DNA from: Candidatus Parcubacteria bacterium
Lineage (GTDB): Bacteria > Patescibacteriota > Patescibacteriia > SG8-24
Reading direction: 5' to 3'
Assembly: GCA_041169025.1 (NCBI GenBank)
Contig: JBEEJS010000048.1
Span: forward strand, 1-17,441
DNA length: 17,441 bases
The notes under the pieces were generated by a model. That model worked only from the letters and a program-made list of their open reading frames with translations. It made no database searches and was not told the DNA's origin. The translations under genes were made by a program, and so were the position numbers. Below, piece after piece: positions 1 to 8,665 of this stretch (position 1 is the first letter of the stretch; each line of letters begins with the position of its first letter).

Positions 1-82
1 TCGCATGCGCCTGTTTCCTGTACTCGATCTTCATGCCTTCACTCTATCCAGACGGGACTAGAAGACCAAGGGTCGCAAGGAA

Positions 83-106
83 CCCCGGGTCGAGACCCGG
101 GGTTTT
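83..106 (+). terminator. Rho-independent terminator (hairpin ccccggg/cccgggg plus TTTT), probably ending a + strand gene that lies off the left edge
   Basis: Sequence aaccccgggtcgagacccggggtttt: 7-bp GC stem, 6-nt loop, T4 run. Confidence 0.5.
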
Positions 107-115
107 GACGGACAA

Positions 116-147
116 GAAAAAGCCCCGCCCTCATGAAGAGGGCGGGG
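116..147 (-). terminator. Rho-independent terminator for the - strand ALDH-family gene
   Basis: gccccgccctc/gagggcggggc 11-bp stem with loop atgaa. On the - strand it is followed by TTTTTCTTGTC and sits immediately 3' of the stop at 176-178. Confidence 0.7.
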
Positions 148-175
148 CGACGTCAATCGCGTTCGACGGGACGTA

Positions 176-2071
176 TCACGCGCCGAGCGATGCCAGTCCG
201 AGCCTGATCAGGTTGACCCAGGTCGGATCGGCTTCGTATCGGAGCAGGCGCTTGGCCGTGCGGAGCGCCGCGCGGTTGCCGGTGAACCAGAGCGGTTTCG
301 GCCCGTGCGCGAGCTTCGAGCGGATGACCACCTTCTCCACGTTCGCGAGCATGAAGGCGTTATGCACCCAGCCGATGCCGCTGCCGGGATGCAACAGCGT
401 GCCGCCCGGGGCCGCGCCCCATGGCGTGGAACCGAGCGCGTAGCCGAGCGCAGGCCATTGGTTCACGGCGACCGTGCCGTACCGCAGCTCGTCAATGAGC
501 CGTCCGAGCGCTTCTTGCGCGGCATGATCGCGCCCCGTGTCAGCGCTGACCATGATGCAGGCGTTGAGGGTGCCAGCGAGACGGTCGTTGCAGAAGTCGG
601 CGGCGGCGAGCATGAGATCGAACGGATCTGCCGTGACCTCGCTGATGGTGGTGATGTCCGTATTCGCCTCGCGCGTCACGTGCGGCGTATCGATGGCGAC
701 TTCGACCAGGATGGGACAGAACGATTCCTGTTCGAACAGCGGTTCGCGCGCGCGGTCCGGACTGATGCCGGCGATGAGGCACCAGGGCAGCGTCTCGTCG
801 CCCTTCTTCCACTTGGAACCGAATGCGACGAGATGCTTTTCCTTGCGGAACGAACGCAGGAAACGGAAGTACCGTTCCTCCGCGCCGGGATAGTAGGCCT
901 TGCGCGGCGGCACGTCCTTGAACAAGCCGCGCACCAGGGCCAGGAACTCCTCGCGCTGCGGCCACTGCTTGGAGGTCACGATGACCTTGGCGGCGTTGCA
1001 GTTGAAGGAGGCGTTGTTCACCACCATGCTGACCACGGCACGTGCCGTCCAAGCCAATTCCTTTGGCGTATACACGCCAGGGACGATGATGACGGGTGAG
1101 ACGTTGCCGAGCTCGCTGGTCACCGGCTTGCCAAGCGCGGTGTGACGCGTTTCCTTTTCCGCGCCATGCGAGGCATGGTGCGCGGCTTGCCACGAGCGCC
1201 TGCGTGCATCGCGCTCCGGACCGGGCGCTCCCCAGACGATGGCGTCATGGGTCGGGTTCGATCCGGTGAGATGTACGGCTTCGATGAGGTGATGACGGCA
1301 GAGGTAGTCCCCCGTCTCCATGCCACCTTTGACGATGCGCAGGAAGTCCATGGCGATGAGCGGTTCCAGCACGGATTCGAACAGCTCGGCAAGGTAATCG
1401 TTCACCGGGTTCAGCTTCAGGATGCACGGTTTGCCGTCCATGAAGAGCATGGTGAGCGCGTCGAGCACCGGGATGGAGCTGACGTTGCCCGCGCCGAGCA
1501 CGAGGCCGAGCGGTACCGCGTACCGGTCCTCGGAGAGCACCGGTTGGTAGTACCCGAACGCCGGCAACGTGCCGGGTGTCAGATGACACTCCGCGGTGAC
1601 GCCGGGCAGGATGAGCGCTTCGGCCTTGGTGGCCGGGAAGACGCGCACCTGGAGCGCCTTGTGACCGAAGCGTTCGCTCACGGGCAGTCGCGCGAACGGA
1701 TACCGGTTCCCGCCTTCCGCCAGCACGTCCATGCTCTCCGCGAGGAGTCGCACGTAGCGCATGACGGCCACGGGGCCGGCGAGCAGTTCCTCCGCGGCGA
1801 CGTCGCTTTTGGGATCGATTCCCTTGGCGAGGCAGCTCAGGCGCACCCACTCCTCCGCCGCATGCTCGATGCGCGGCATGATCTGCCGGAGCAGCATGGC
1901 GCGTTCCGCGTACGGGGTCTGTTGGAAGCGCGAACCGCCTTCGTGGATATCCTCGATGGCGGCGCAGAGGGAGAACTTGTCGATGGTGCCACTCGAGGGA
2001 GGCTTAAGCGAAGCCGGTTTTTTGGCCGGATCCGCGGGCGGGAAAGCGCTGGGACGGTCGTCGTTATGCAT
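176..2071 (-). CDS. Aldehyde dehydrogenase superfamily protein (632 aa) with an N-terminal extension of roughly 100 aa
   Basis: Start chosen at the in-frame ATG at 2071..2069 (MHNDD...), with a GGAGG RBS 8 nt upstream. ALDH-like motifs in canonical order: GAGNVSSIPV...GKPCILKLNP (cf. PWNFP...GNxVVLKPSE), HLTGSNPTHDAI (cf. FTGSTxVG), ELGNVSPVII (cf. the ELGGKSP catalytic Glu) and FNCNAAKVIV (cf. the FxNxGQxCxA catalytic Cys). The ORF-track start at 2215 adds 48 residues with no RBS. Confidence 0.7.
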   Translation of the reverse strand: MHNDDRPSAFPPADPAKKPASLKPPSSGTIDKFSLCAAIEDIHEGGSRFQQTPYAERAMLLRQIMPRIEHAAEEWVRLSCLAKGIDPKSDVAAEELLAGPVAVMRYVRLLAESMDVLAEGGNRYPFARLPVSERFGHKALQVRVFPATKAEALILPGVTAECHLTPGTLPAFGYYQPVLSEDRYAVPLGLVLGAGNVSSIPVLDALTMLFMDGKPCILKLNPVNDYLAELFESVLEPLIAMDFLRIVKGGMETGDYLCRHHLIEAVHLTGSNPTHDAIVWGAPGPERDARRRSWQAAHHASHGAEKETRHTALGKPVTSELGNVSPVIIVPGVYTPKELAWTARAVVSMVVNNASFNCNAAKVIVTSKQWPQREEFLALVRGLFKDVPPRKAYYPGAEERYFRFLRSFRKEKHLVAFGSKWKKGDETLPWCLIAGISPDRAREPLFEQESFCPILVEVAIDTPHVTREANTDITTISEVTADPFDLMLAAADFCNDRLAGTLNACIMVSADTGRDHAAQEALGRLIDELRYGTVAVNQWPALGYALGSTPWGAAPGGTLLHPGSGIGWVHNAFMLANVEKVVIRSKLAHGPKPLWFTGNRAALRTAKRLLRYEADPTWVNLIRLGLASLGA

Positions 2072-2131
2072 CGTGACTTCCTCCGTGTTGGTGTCGTTTC
2101 GTGGCTGATGTGGGTGAAAGGAGCGACGGGT

Positions 2132-2161
2132 GAGGGTATACCTTTGACGGGGCGGGGTCAA
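2132..2161 (-). promoter_or_regulatory. Candidate sigma70-type promoter for the ALDH-family gene (- strand, TTGACC ... TACCCT or TATACC)
   Basis: The - strand reads cTTGACCccgccccgtcaaaggTATACCCTcaccc, about 60 nt upstream of the 2071 start. The TACCCT -10 hexamer recurs in the promoter at 16993-16998. Confidence 0.3.
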
Positions 2162-2177
2162 GACGAGCGCGGGCAGC

Positions 2178-2205
2178 AAAAACCCCTTCTCACATGGAGA
2201 AGGGG
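2178..2205 (-). terminator. Rho-independent terminator for the - strand membrane-protein gene
   Basis: ccccttctc/gagaagggg 9-bp stem with a 5-nt loop. On the - strand it is followed by TTTTTG, directly 3' of the stop at 2222. Confidence 0.65.
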
Positions 2206-2221
2206 TACGTAGCATTCAACG

Positions 2222-2713
2222 TCATCGGCAGGAATCCACCAATTCGCGATGGGTCGGGTCGGAACGGAGGACCCGGGCGAGCACGGCCACCGCCATTGCC
2301 GCCAATGCGACGCAGACGAGCGAACCCACGACTGAAGCGCCCGAGAAGACGGTATACGTGACTGCGGCGATGGCGCACCAGAAGACGATATCAAACGCCT
2401 CATCGGCGGCAACGCTCGTGTGACAGGTGAATCGAGGAAGGAACGTCATGCCCATGACCATCAGTGAGAGCAACCACGCTGGAAGACCCATGAAACCGAA
2501 CCCCGCCGCGACGGTCACGAACAGGTGCTCGAATGAGAAGGCCCCGATGTCGCAGACGGAGAGAAACGCCTGGAGCAACAATCCCGCGCACATGAGGACG
2601 ATCATCGTCAGCGCACCGAGGGATGCGTCATCGTGTAGCCAACCCGTGAACAGGCAAAGGACGCAACACAGGAACGTGCTGAACAACGCGCACGTGCCGG
2701 AATAGGTGAACAT
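2222..2713 (-). CDS. Small Cys-rich integral membrane protein (about 163 aa, about 4 TM helices), hypothetical
   Basis: Hydrophobic segments throughout (FSTFLCCVLCLF, LTMIVLMCAGLLLQAFL, LFVTVAAGFGFMGLPAWLLSLMVMGM, VFSGASVVGSLVCVALAAMAVAVL). Start chosen at the ATG at 2713..2711 because a strong AAGGAG RBS lies 6 nt upstream. Alternative in-frame ATGs at 2743 and 2803 lack good RBS spacing. Confidence 0.55.
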   Translation of the reverse strand: MFTYSGTCALFSTFLCCVLCLFTGWLHDDASLGALTMIVLMCAGLLLQAFLSVCDIGAFSFEHLFVTVAAGFGFMGLPAWLLSLMVMGMTFLPRFTCHTSVAADEAFDIVFWCAIAAVTYTVFSGASVVGSLVCVALAAMAVAVLARVLRSDPTHRELVDSCR

Positions 2714-2813
2714 GCAGATCTCCTTGCGCTCACGACGAATCATCGTGAACGACGGTACCGTAACACTCCATGGCCACCATGTCAATGGTGGCTGACAATT
2801 CATGCTACGCGCT

Positions 2814-4640
2814 TCACTCCCTCCCCAACCATTCTATAGCCGCCGTACACTCCATCCACTCCCCTTCCGCCGCCGTCAGCGCCTTGGAAATCTCGGAGAG
2901 TTGCTTGTTCAGCTCCGGAGAGAACACCGTGGGCTGCGCGGCCATGCGCGCAAGGACGCGGGCGCGGTCGTCTTCCAGCGCGATGACGCGCGCTTCCACT
3001 TTCTTCAGGCGCTTCTGCTGCTCCTTCAGTTCATCGCGCTGCTCGCGGCGGCGTTCTTTTTCTTCCTCGCGCTCGGCTTCAAGACGCGCGGCTTCTTCCG
3101 CGCCCCCCGCCGCACCCGCGCCATCCACGATGGAAGGCCGCGGAATGTCGCGGTCAATCTCTTGCTCCAAGAGCCAGACGTATTCGTCATACGTGCCCGG
3201 CAGCGAACGGATGCCTCCCCCGCCCACTTCCAAGATGGCCGTGGCGAGAAGCGACACGAACGTGCGGTTGTGCGACACGAAGAAGATGGTGCCCGGATAA
3301 TCCGCGAGCGCCTCGCCGAGCGCTTCCACCGTCTCGAAATCCAGGTGGTTGGTGGGCTCGTCCAAAAGGAACACCGGCTTCTTGGAGAGCAGCAAACCCG
3401 CGAGGCACAGGCGCGCCCGCTCGCCGCCACTCAAGACGCCGATGCGCTTTTCCTGATCGTCCTGCGTGAAGAGGAAGCTGCCGGCCATGGCCATCAGCTC
3501 CTCCGGAAGGACGTCGGACGCGGCGGCGCGGCGTAGATAGGTGTCGACGCGGTCCTGCGGATCCAGCGCCGCCAGCGATTTCTGCCCGTAGTACCCCACC
3601 TCGAGTCCCTGCCCCCAACGAAACTCGCCTCCCGTGGGCGCGAGTTGTCCCGCGATAGTGCGCAAAAAGGTGGTCTTGCCCTGCCCGTTGTCACCGAGCA
3701 CTGCCGCATGCCGTCCGCGCTCCACGTCCAGCGCGATGCCGGACGCCACGGTGCGTCCGGGATAGCCGATGGCGAGGTCGTTGCACACCAGCGCAATGCC
3801 TTTCTTCATCTTCTCGTACCGCGGGATGCGGATCTTCACCGTCTTCAGCTTGTGCGCGATCTCGATCGGTTTCAGGCGCGCGATCTGTTTCAGCTTGGAC
3901 TGCGCGGAGCTCGCCTTGCTGGCCTTGGCGCGGAAACGATCGACAAAAGACTGGAGGTGCCGGCGCTTGGCATCGATCTTCTTGTTCTCGTTCTGCTGCC
4001 GCTCCAGTTCCTGCTCCTTGAAGCCCAGGAACGATTCGATGTCTCCCGGGTACAGGAAGAGGCCGCCGCGTTCCACTTCCAAGGTGGCGTCGCAGGTGTT
4101 CTTCAGGAACTCGCGGTCATGGGAGACGAGCAGGAAACCGATGCGCGTCTTCTGCAGGAAGCGCTCCAAGAGGAGCACGGTGTGCAGGTCCAGGTAGTTG
4201 GTGGGTTCGTCGAGCAGCAGGAAATCCGGATCCTGCAGGATCATGTCGGCCAGGCGCGCGCGCATGCGAAAGCCTTCGGAGAGCGTGCCGAGCTTCGCCT
4301 CAAGCATCTCCTTCTTGATCTGGAACGTCCCCGCCGCGGTGGCGCACTTCCATTCCGGTTTGCCGCTACGCCGTTCCAGGAACGCCATCACCGTTTCTTC
4401 CGGCGAAAACGGCTCGTGCTGTTCCAGGTAGCCGATCTTGGCATCGGGCTTGATAATCACCGAACCCGCGTCCGCCTCCTCCTCGCCAACGATGATGCGG
4501 ATGAGCGTCGACTTGCCCGCGCCGTTCCGCCCCACCACGCCGATCTTCGCGCCCGCGGCGATCGAAACCTCCGCCCCATCGAGGATGGCGCGGTTGCCGT
4601 GCTTCTTCATGATGCCGTCGACGCGGATGATGGTGCTCAT
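2814..4640 (-). CDS. ABC-F family ATPase (two tandem ABC domains plus a C-terminal charged coiled-coil; Uup-like)
   Basis: Two Walker A motifs (GRNGAGKST, GDNGQGKTT), two ABC signature motifs (LSEGFRMR, LSGGERAR), two Walker B motifs (LLLDEPTN, FLLDEPTN) and a K/E/R-rich C-terminal tail. No transmembrane domain. Confidence 0.9.
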   Translation of the reverse strand: MSTIIRVDGIMKKHGNRAILDGAEVSIAAGAKIGVVGRNGAGKSTLIRIIVGEEEADAGSVIIKPDAKIGYLEQHEPFSPEETVMAFLERRSGKPEWKCATAAGTFQIKKEMLEAKLGTLSEGFRMRARLADMILQDPDFLLLDEPTNYLDLHTVLLLERFLQKTRIGFLLVSHDREFLKNTCDATLEVERGGLFLYPGDIESFLGFKEQELERQQNENKKIDAKRRHLQSFVDRFRAKASKASSAQSKLKQIARLKPIEIAHKLKTVKIRIPRYEKMKKGIALVCNDLAIGYPGRTVASGIALDVERGRHAAVLGDNGQGKTTFLRTIAGQLAPTGGEFRWGQGLEVGYYGQKSLAALDPQDRVDTYLRRAAASDVLPEELMAMAGSFLFTQDDQEKRIGVLSGGERARLCLAGLLLSKKPVFLLDEPTNHLDFETVEALGEALADYPGTIFFVSHNRTFVSLLATAILEVGGGGIRSLPGTYDEYVWLLEQEIDRDIPRPSIVDGAGAAGGAEEAARLEAEREEEKERRREQRDELKEQQKRLKKVEARVIALEDDRARVLARMAAQPTVFSPELNKQLSEISKALTAAEGEWMECTAAIEWLGRE

Positions 4641-4741
4641 GCGGGTAGACTAGCGCAGCGCGGCGGCGCGGGCAATGCTCCCTGGACGGGCGGCGCGTGC
4701 CGTGGCAGGCTGCCAAAAGCACCTTTCCAAGGAGACTGACC

Positions 4742-5806
4742 ATGGACATCGCAACTCGCCCATGGGCGGAAGACACCGAACTGCAGATCGTGCGCGGATG
4801 GAACGTGGACGGCCACGAGGTCCTGCTGGCGCGCGATCGCTTCAAGCAGGCAAAAGGACGAGAGGCCGAGGCCTGGTCCGAACTGCTCCTGCTCTGCGCC
4901 GGCGACTACATGCGGCCCGGCGACGACCCCTGCCAAGGCGGCCTGCACTGTGCCGCGAAGGCCGACGTCTCGCGGCTCGCCATCGCCGAACAACGGCTGA
5001 AGCACGGCCCCGTCTGGCGGGAGATCGGCCTGACCGGCGCGCTCCTCGATATCATGGCGCGCACCGCGCAAGGCGAATGGTTCGGCCAATACGACGGCGA
5101 TGACGCGTCACGCATCACGCTGCGGCAGGCCGCCACCGTCATCGGCGTGCCTCCGGGGCATGCGCGCGCCGCTGCGCTCGACCTCTATGCCGAACGGAAG
5201 CTCGACATGGATGGCGAGTACCTGTGCGCCTTCGACGAGCGCTTCCGCCTGCCCCACGCGCTCGCCTGGGCGGTGAACCGCTACTGCGCCCGGCCGCTCG
5301 GCGAACATGCCGGCACGGTCGGCATCGAGGCCATCCGCGAGGTGGAAAAGCGCATGCAGACGGCGCTCCGCATCAAGGACCCCGCCGAGGCGTTCGGACG
5401 GCATTGGCCGGACATGGATCCCGCGGCCGTCGCGCTCCTGTTCACCCGCCTGTCCGCGATGTTCCAGAACTGCGTCGAGAACCCGGTGATGCATAACCGC
5501 GTGTTCGTCTCGAAGCGCATCGACCGTCCGAAGCAGTGGATGGACGGCATCGCCACTCAGCATCCCGGCCTCCGCGCCGACGTGCTCGAGGAATTCGCGC
5601 GACAGTGCATCCTGCTGGTGCGCGGCCGTGCCCAGCTCCTGCTCGCGGCCGACCCGCGAAAGAAGAAACCGGTGCAACCGGACGAGAACGTCACTGCACG
5701 CACGCTGCACACCACCGTCGCGGACTTCCGCGAATGGACCAGGGAGGCGGCGGAGGACGCGGAGCGCGAGGAAAAGAAACGGGCGCTGCGGCCCAAGCCC
5801 GATTGA
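4742..5806 (+). CDS. Hypothetical protein (354 aa), no family recognised
   Basis: AAGGAG RBS 7 nt upstream of the ATG at 4742. Protein-like composition. Ends 5 nt before a strong terminator. The ORF-track start at 4697 lacks an RBS. Confidence 0.6.
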   Translation: MDIATRPWAEDTELQIVRGWNVDGHEVLLARDRFKQAKGREAEAWSELLLLCAGDYMRPGDDPCQGGLHCAAKADVSRLAIAEQRLKHGPVWREIGLTGALLDIMARTAQGEWFGQYDGDDASRITLRQAATVIGVPPGHARAAALDLYAERKLDMDGEYLCAFDERFRLPHALAWAVNRYCARPLGEHAGTVGIEAIREVEKRMQTALRIKDPAEAFGRHWPDMDPAAVALLFTRLSAMFQNCVENPVMHNRVFVSKRIDRPKQWMDGIATQHPGLRADVLEEFARQCILLVRGRAQLLLAADPRKKKPVQPDENVTARTLHTTVADFREWTREAAEDAEREEKKRALRPKPD

Positions 5807-5810
5807 ACGT

Positions 5811-5847
5811 AAAAAGCCCCTCCTGCCGGAGGGGCTTTCTTTTTTTC
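5811..5847. terminator. Bidirectional rho-independent terminator between convergent genes
   Basis: aaaaagcccctcc-tgcc-ggaggggctttctttttttc: 9-bp stem flanked by an A-run on one side and a T-run on the other. It serves the + gene ending at 5806 and the - gene ending at 5879. Confidence 0.8.
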
Positions 5848-5878
5848 ATGCGCGCGGGCGTTCCGATGTGCGCATCGT

Positions 5879-6655
5879 TCAGTACGACGGCCTTGGCCTG
5901 ATGCCGCGTCCGCCGCTTGCGAAATAATGGTCGAGCACGAAGCGCGGTCCGCTCGGACCCACGCCGGACTGCGAGGCGGATGCCTGCTCACCAGGTGAAG
6001 GTCCATCCTTCGAAAGCACGGCAATGAGCTCTTCCGAACCGCGCACCGTGATGGCGGAGCCCGGAAGCGCATCACGCGACGATTCGCATGACCAGAGGAG
6101 GTCCACCTTGCGGCGTTCCGGGTTGGTCACGGGACTGACGGCGCATTCCCCGCTGCGGTAATCCGCGACGCGATACGACGACGGCTTGCTCGTGTCTTCG
6201 CGGAGCGCGATAACGTGCGCCGTGAACGTCTCCTTGGTATCGACGAGGCCCTTGGCGATGGGATACGCCGGCGGCGAGAAATCGCTGCGGATGAGGCCGA
6301 TGCAGCGCCCCATGTCGACGTCGACGAACGTGCCGTCATGCAGCACGGTCCCGTCGGCGATGGTCACGCTCGGATCCGCGGCCATGTCGGCGGCCGCTTG
6401 GCCCATGGAGGTGCATGCCACCAGGAAGAATCCGGGCGCTATCGGGTACGCCGCGCCGCTGGCGGTAGCCGCGCCAGTGCGATCCTTCTCCTCCATGACC
6501 TTTGCGGTCCAGAACGGGAAGGGCTGAGGGCGGGTCGGCGGTGCTTTCACGATTGCGGGCCGGGCAGCCGATCCGCGCGCGACAGGCGCCTCGGAGCAGG
6601 CCGCGGAGAGCGAGGCGGATACTGCCGCCAGGACGAGAAATCGGATGATCCGCAT
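5879..6655 (-). CDS. Predicted lipoprotein, hypothetical (258 aa)
   Basis: Start at the ATG at 6655..6653 gives MRIIRFLVLAAVSASLSAAC: a signal peptide with a lipobox-like LSAAC. The mature part is Ala/Pro/Ser-rich with scattered Cys/His; no family recognised. The ORF-track start at 6703 adds 16 residues before the signal peptide. Confidence 0.6.
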   Translation of the reverse strand: MRIIRFLVLAAVSASLSAACSEAPVARGSAARPAIVKAPPTRPQPFPFWTAKVMEEKDRTGAATASGAAYPIAPGFFLVACTSMGQAAADMAADPSVTIADGTVLHDGTFVDVDMGRCIGLIRSDFSPPAYPIAKGLVDTKETFTAHVIALREDTSKPSSYRVADYRSGECAVSPVTNPERRKVDLLWSCESSRDALPGSAITVRGSEELIAVLSKDGPSPGEQASASQSGVGPSGPRFVLDHYFASGGRGIRPRPSY

Positions 6656-6821
6656 GGGTTCCTGCCTTGTCTTGAAGTGGAAAGGGCGGGGTGAGGATGG
6701 CATGAAATGAGGGGGAAATCAAGGGGCGCCGGTGGTGAGGCGACACTTGACGGACGTCGGCTTTTCGGCTATGTTGTCCGGTCATTCCGTAATGCTGCGG
6801 ATGACAGAACGGAGACGCCAC

Positions 6822-7676
6822 ATGTCCGACCTCGCCTCCTCACCGAAGCTCATTTTCAAGAACCGTGGCGATTCGACCGAGCGTCTGACGCTACGCCTCG
6901 CTGCGGCGGCCCGCAAGTGCATCGTGCGCTTCACCGGCGGCTGCGGCGAGATGTCCGAGGGCGACGGCGACCGGCTCAAGGAGCTGTTCAGTCCCGCCTT
7001 CGTCGGTTTCGAGGGCGCGCTCACCTTCGGCGGCACGCGCATGGTGTACCGCGCCGACTGGTCCCGCGTGCGACAGGGCATCACCGAGATCCCGCCGCAT
7101 CTCAAACAGACCGTCTGCCCCAACGCCGTGCTGCTCGGCATCGTCCCGCGCACCGCCGATATCGGCATCTGCGAGATCGGCGTCAAGATCGAAGACGACC
7201 CGAAGAACGATTTCTTCACCATCGTCCATCCCGATCAGGATCACGCGTTGGTCATCCAGATCAACGCGGACAACGCCTGTCCGAAGATCGACGACAAGGT
7301 GCGCATGTCCGCCGCCGGCACGCCGCTCCCCGCCCCGAACGTCTGGGACGCCGAGTTCGAGGAGTGCATGCGGATCACCGGCATCCTACGCGAGTGCTTC
7401 GACGGCTACGGTTCGGTCCTCATCGCCTACAACGGCGGAGGCACCACCGAACGGGAAATCGTCGCGACCTCCGACCGTGGCTGGCCCGTGATCCTCATCA
7501 AGGGCAGCGGACGCAAGACGGACGAGTACGCGTCGAACAAGGAGTTCCTGGCGCTGCGCGACAACGTGCGCGTCGTGGATAAGGATCCCTCCGCCATCCG
7601 GGCGGCCCTGGCGGAATTCGGCGCGGTGCCGGAACGCCGGATGTCCCTGGTGGGAAAGGGCAGCCGGAGCGCGTGA
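6822..7676 (+). CDS. LOG/SLOG-superfamily Rossmann-fold protein, paralog A (284 aa)
   Basis: GGAGA RBS 6 nt upstream of the ATG at 6822. LOG-like motifs in order: IVRFTGGCGE (cf. vcVfgGSs), ALTFGGTRMVY (cf. lvyGGgxxGlMg), PNAVLLGIVPRT (cf. aGGxviGiiP), AYNGGGTTEREI (cf. PGGfGTleEl) and WPVILIKGSGRKTDE. An insert of about 80 aa sits between the Gly-rich motifs. Clear paralog of the next gene. Confidence 0.6.
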   Translation: MSDLASSPKLIFKNRGDSTERLTLRLAAAARKCIVRFTGGCGEMSEGDGDRLKELFSPAFVGFEGALTFGGTRMVYRADWSRVRQGITEIPPHLKQTVCPNAVLLGIVPRTADIGICEIGVKIEDDPKNDFFTIVHPDQDHALVIQINADNACPKIDDKVRMSAAGTPLPAPNVWDAEFEECMRITGILRECFDGYGSVLIAYNGGGTTEREIVATSDRGWPVILIKGSGRKTDEYASNKEFLALRDNVRVVDKDPSAIRAALAEFGAVPERRMSLVGKGSRSA

Positions 7677-7754
7677 ACGCGCGATCCGGACTGACGCTTC
7701 GCTTACGACTATTCGGAAACGTGCCAACATCAGCCCAAAGGAGAACGATCGACA

Positions 7755-8549
7755 ATGACGACGACCCCATACACCGTGACCGCCCCGGAAAACCGCGTTG
7801 ACCTGCTCGTGCAGGACGCGTCGGCCCGGGACACCGCCGACCTGCCGCTCCGCCTCAAGGCGCTCGCGCTGCAAGCCGGATCGAGAGTGATCCTGCGCAT
7901 CGCCGGTGGCTGTTCCAACCAAGGGCCTCAGGACAAGAAAGACCTCGCTCGCGTCGTCGTGGAAGGCACGCTCGGTTTCACCGGCGTCGCATTCAGCGGC
8001 GGCACGCGCGACATCGCTGACGGCGCCGTGGACCCCATGGTCACGGAGCTGCCCGCGCTCATGGCGCAGCGCAACCCCGGTTGCGTCGCGCTCGGCACGG
8101 TGCCTCGTACCGGCATGCTCGGACTCGTCGGCGAATCGCGCCTCGAGCTCGACGCCGAGCACCACAACGTCAACCCTGCGATGTCGGCCGTCTGCATCGT
8201 GCAGGACGGCGCGAACCGCGACCTCGGCTGGGACGGCGACCTCGACATGTACTTCCGCTTCATGACGATGCTGCGGGAAGAGGAGGGTTTCACCCTCGGC
8301 CTCATCGCCTGGAACGGCGGCGGTGCCACCTACAAGGAGATCATGCAGGCCGGCAAACTCGGCCTGCCCGTGATCCTCATCAAGGGTTCGGCCCGCAAGA
8401 CCGACGAAGTCGTCGCCAAGCTCGAGGCAAACGACCCCGAACTGCTCTCGCAGCTCCCGGCGGATCACAAGCTGCGCATCGCGCACCGGGACGACCCGTC
8501 CAGCGTACGCGCGCTGATGATCGAGTTCGACCTGATCGAGAACGGCTGA
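7755..8549 (+). CDS. LOG/SLOG-superfamily Rossmann-fold protein, paralog B (264 aa)
   Basis: aaaggagaa RBS upstream of the ATG at 7755. Motifs RIAGGCSN, VAFSGGTR, PGCVALGTVPRT, AWNGGGATYKEI and LPVILIKGSARKTDE correspond one-for-one to those in paralog A. No terminator lies between A and B, so they are probably co-transcribed. Confidence 0.6.
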   Translation: MTTTPYTVTAPENRVDLLVQDASARDTADLPLRLKALALQAGSRVILRIAGGCSNQGPQDKKDLARVVVEGTLGFTGVAFSGGTRDIADGAVDPMVTELPALMAQRNPGCVALGTVPRTGMLGLVGESRLELDAEHHNVNPAMSAVCIVQDGANRDLGWDGDLDMYFRFMTMLREEEGFTLGLIAWNGGGATYKEIMQAGKLGLPVILIKGSARKTDEVVAKLEANDPELLSQLPADHKLRIAHRDDPSSVRALMIEFDLIENG

Positions 8550-8553
8550 CGTC

Positions 8554-8593
8554 ACGAAAGCCGACCGCTGCATGCGGTCGGCTTTTCCTTTTG
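8554..8593 (+). repeat. 40-bp exact direct repeat, copy 1; also a rho-independent terminator hairpin for the LOG/SLOG pair
   Basis: acgaaagccgaccgctgcatgcggtcggcttttccttttg is identical to 9023-9062. It has a 9-10-bp stem (agccgaccgc/gcggtcggct), loop tgcat, and a T-rich tail. Confidence 0.8.
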
Positions 8594-8612
8594 CACCATG
8601 TGTCTACCGTCA

Positions 8613-8641
8613 TTGACAAAACAGGGAGTCCGTGGTAACGT
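8613..8641 (+). promoter_or_regulatory. Candidate sigma70 promoter with extended -10 for the RHH gene
   Basis: aTTGACAa (8613-8618), a 17-bp spacer ending in TGg, and TAACGT (8636-8641), located about 25 nt upstream of the RBS and ATG at 8666. Confidence 0.45.
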
Positions 8642-8665
8642 CCCCGGCACGAAAGGAAACGCGCC

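Noticed and set aside
33-443. 136-aa + strand ORF at the window start
   Set aside because: It overlaps two convergent terminators and the 3' end of the ALDH gene on the opposite strand. Low-complexity translation. It does not line up with whatever + strand gene the terminator at 83-106 closes.
305-2212. Long + strand ORFs (305-1099, 537-893, 900-1145, 1142-2212, 1761-2108) and - strand ORFs (540-1193, 1245-1850) overlapping the ALDH-family gene
   Set aside because: Antisense or out-of-frame shadow ORFs typical of stop-codon-poor high-GC DNA. Their translations are Arg/Ala/Gly/His-rich and low-complexity. No RBS. The ALDH frame has recognisable motifs.
2802-4845. ORFs 2770-3300, 2802-3536, 3645-4739, 3769-4197 (+ strand) and 3026-3430, 3187-3618, 3494-3796, 4366-4845 (- strand) overlapping the ABC-F gene
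   Set aside because: Shadow frames of the ABC-F coding region. The ABC-F frame carries complete Walker and signature motifs twice over; the others are compositionally biased with no motifs.
4637-6075. ORFs 4637-5089, 4675-5103, 5108-5710, 5224-5496, 5536-5901, 5557-6075 overlapping the 4742-5806 hypothetical gene
   Set aside because: Out-of-frame or antisense to an ORF that has a strong RBS and ends at a terminator. Products are Arg/Pro/Ala-rich.
7386-8573. 395-aa - strand ORF spanning the two LOG/SLOG genes
   Set aside because: It runs antisense across two separately initiated + strand genes that are mutual paralogs with conserved motifs. Its translation is a low-complexity R/A/G/V/E/D run. 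Shadow ORF.
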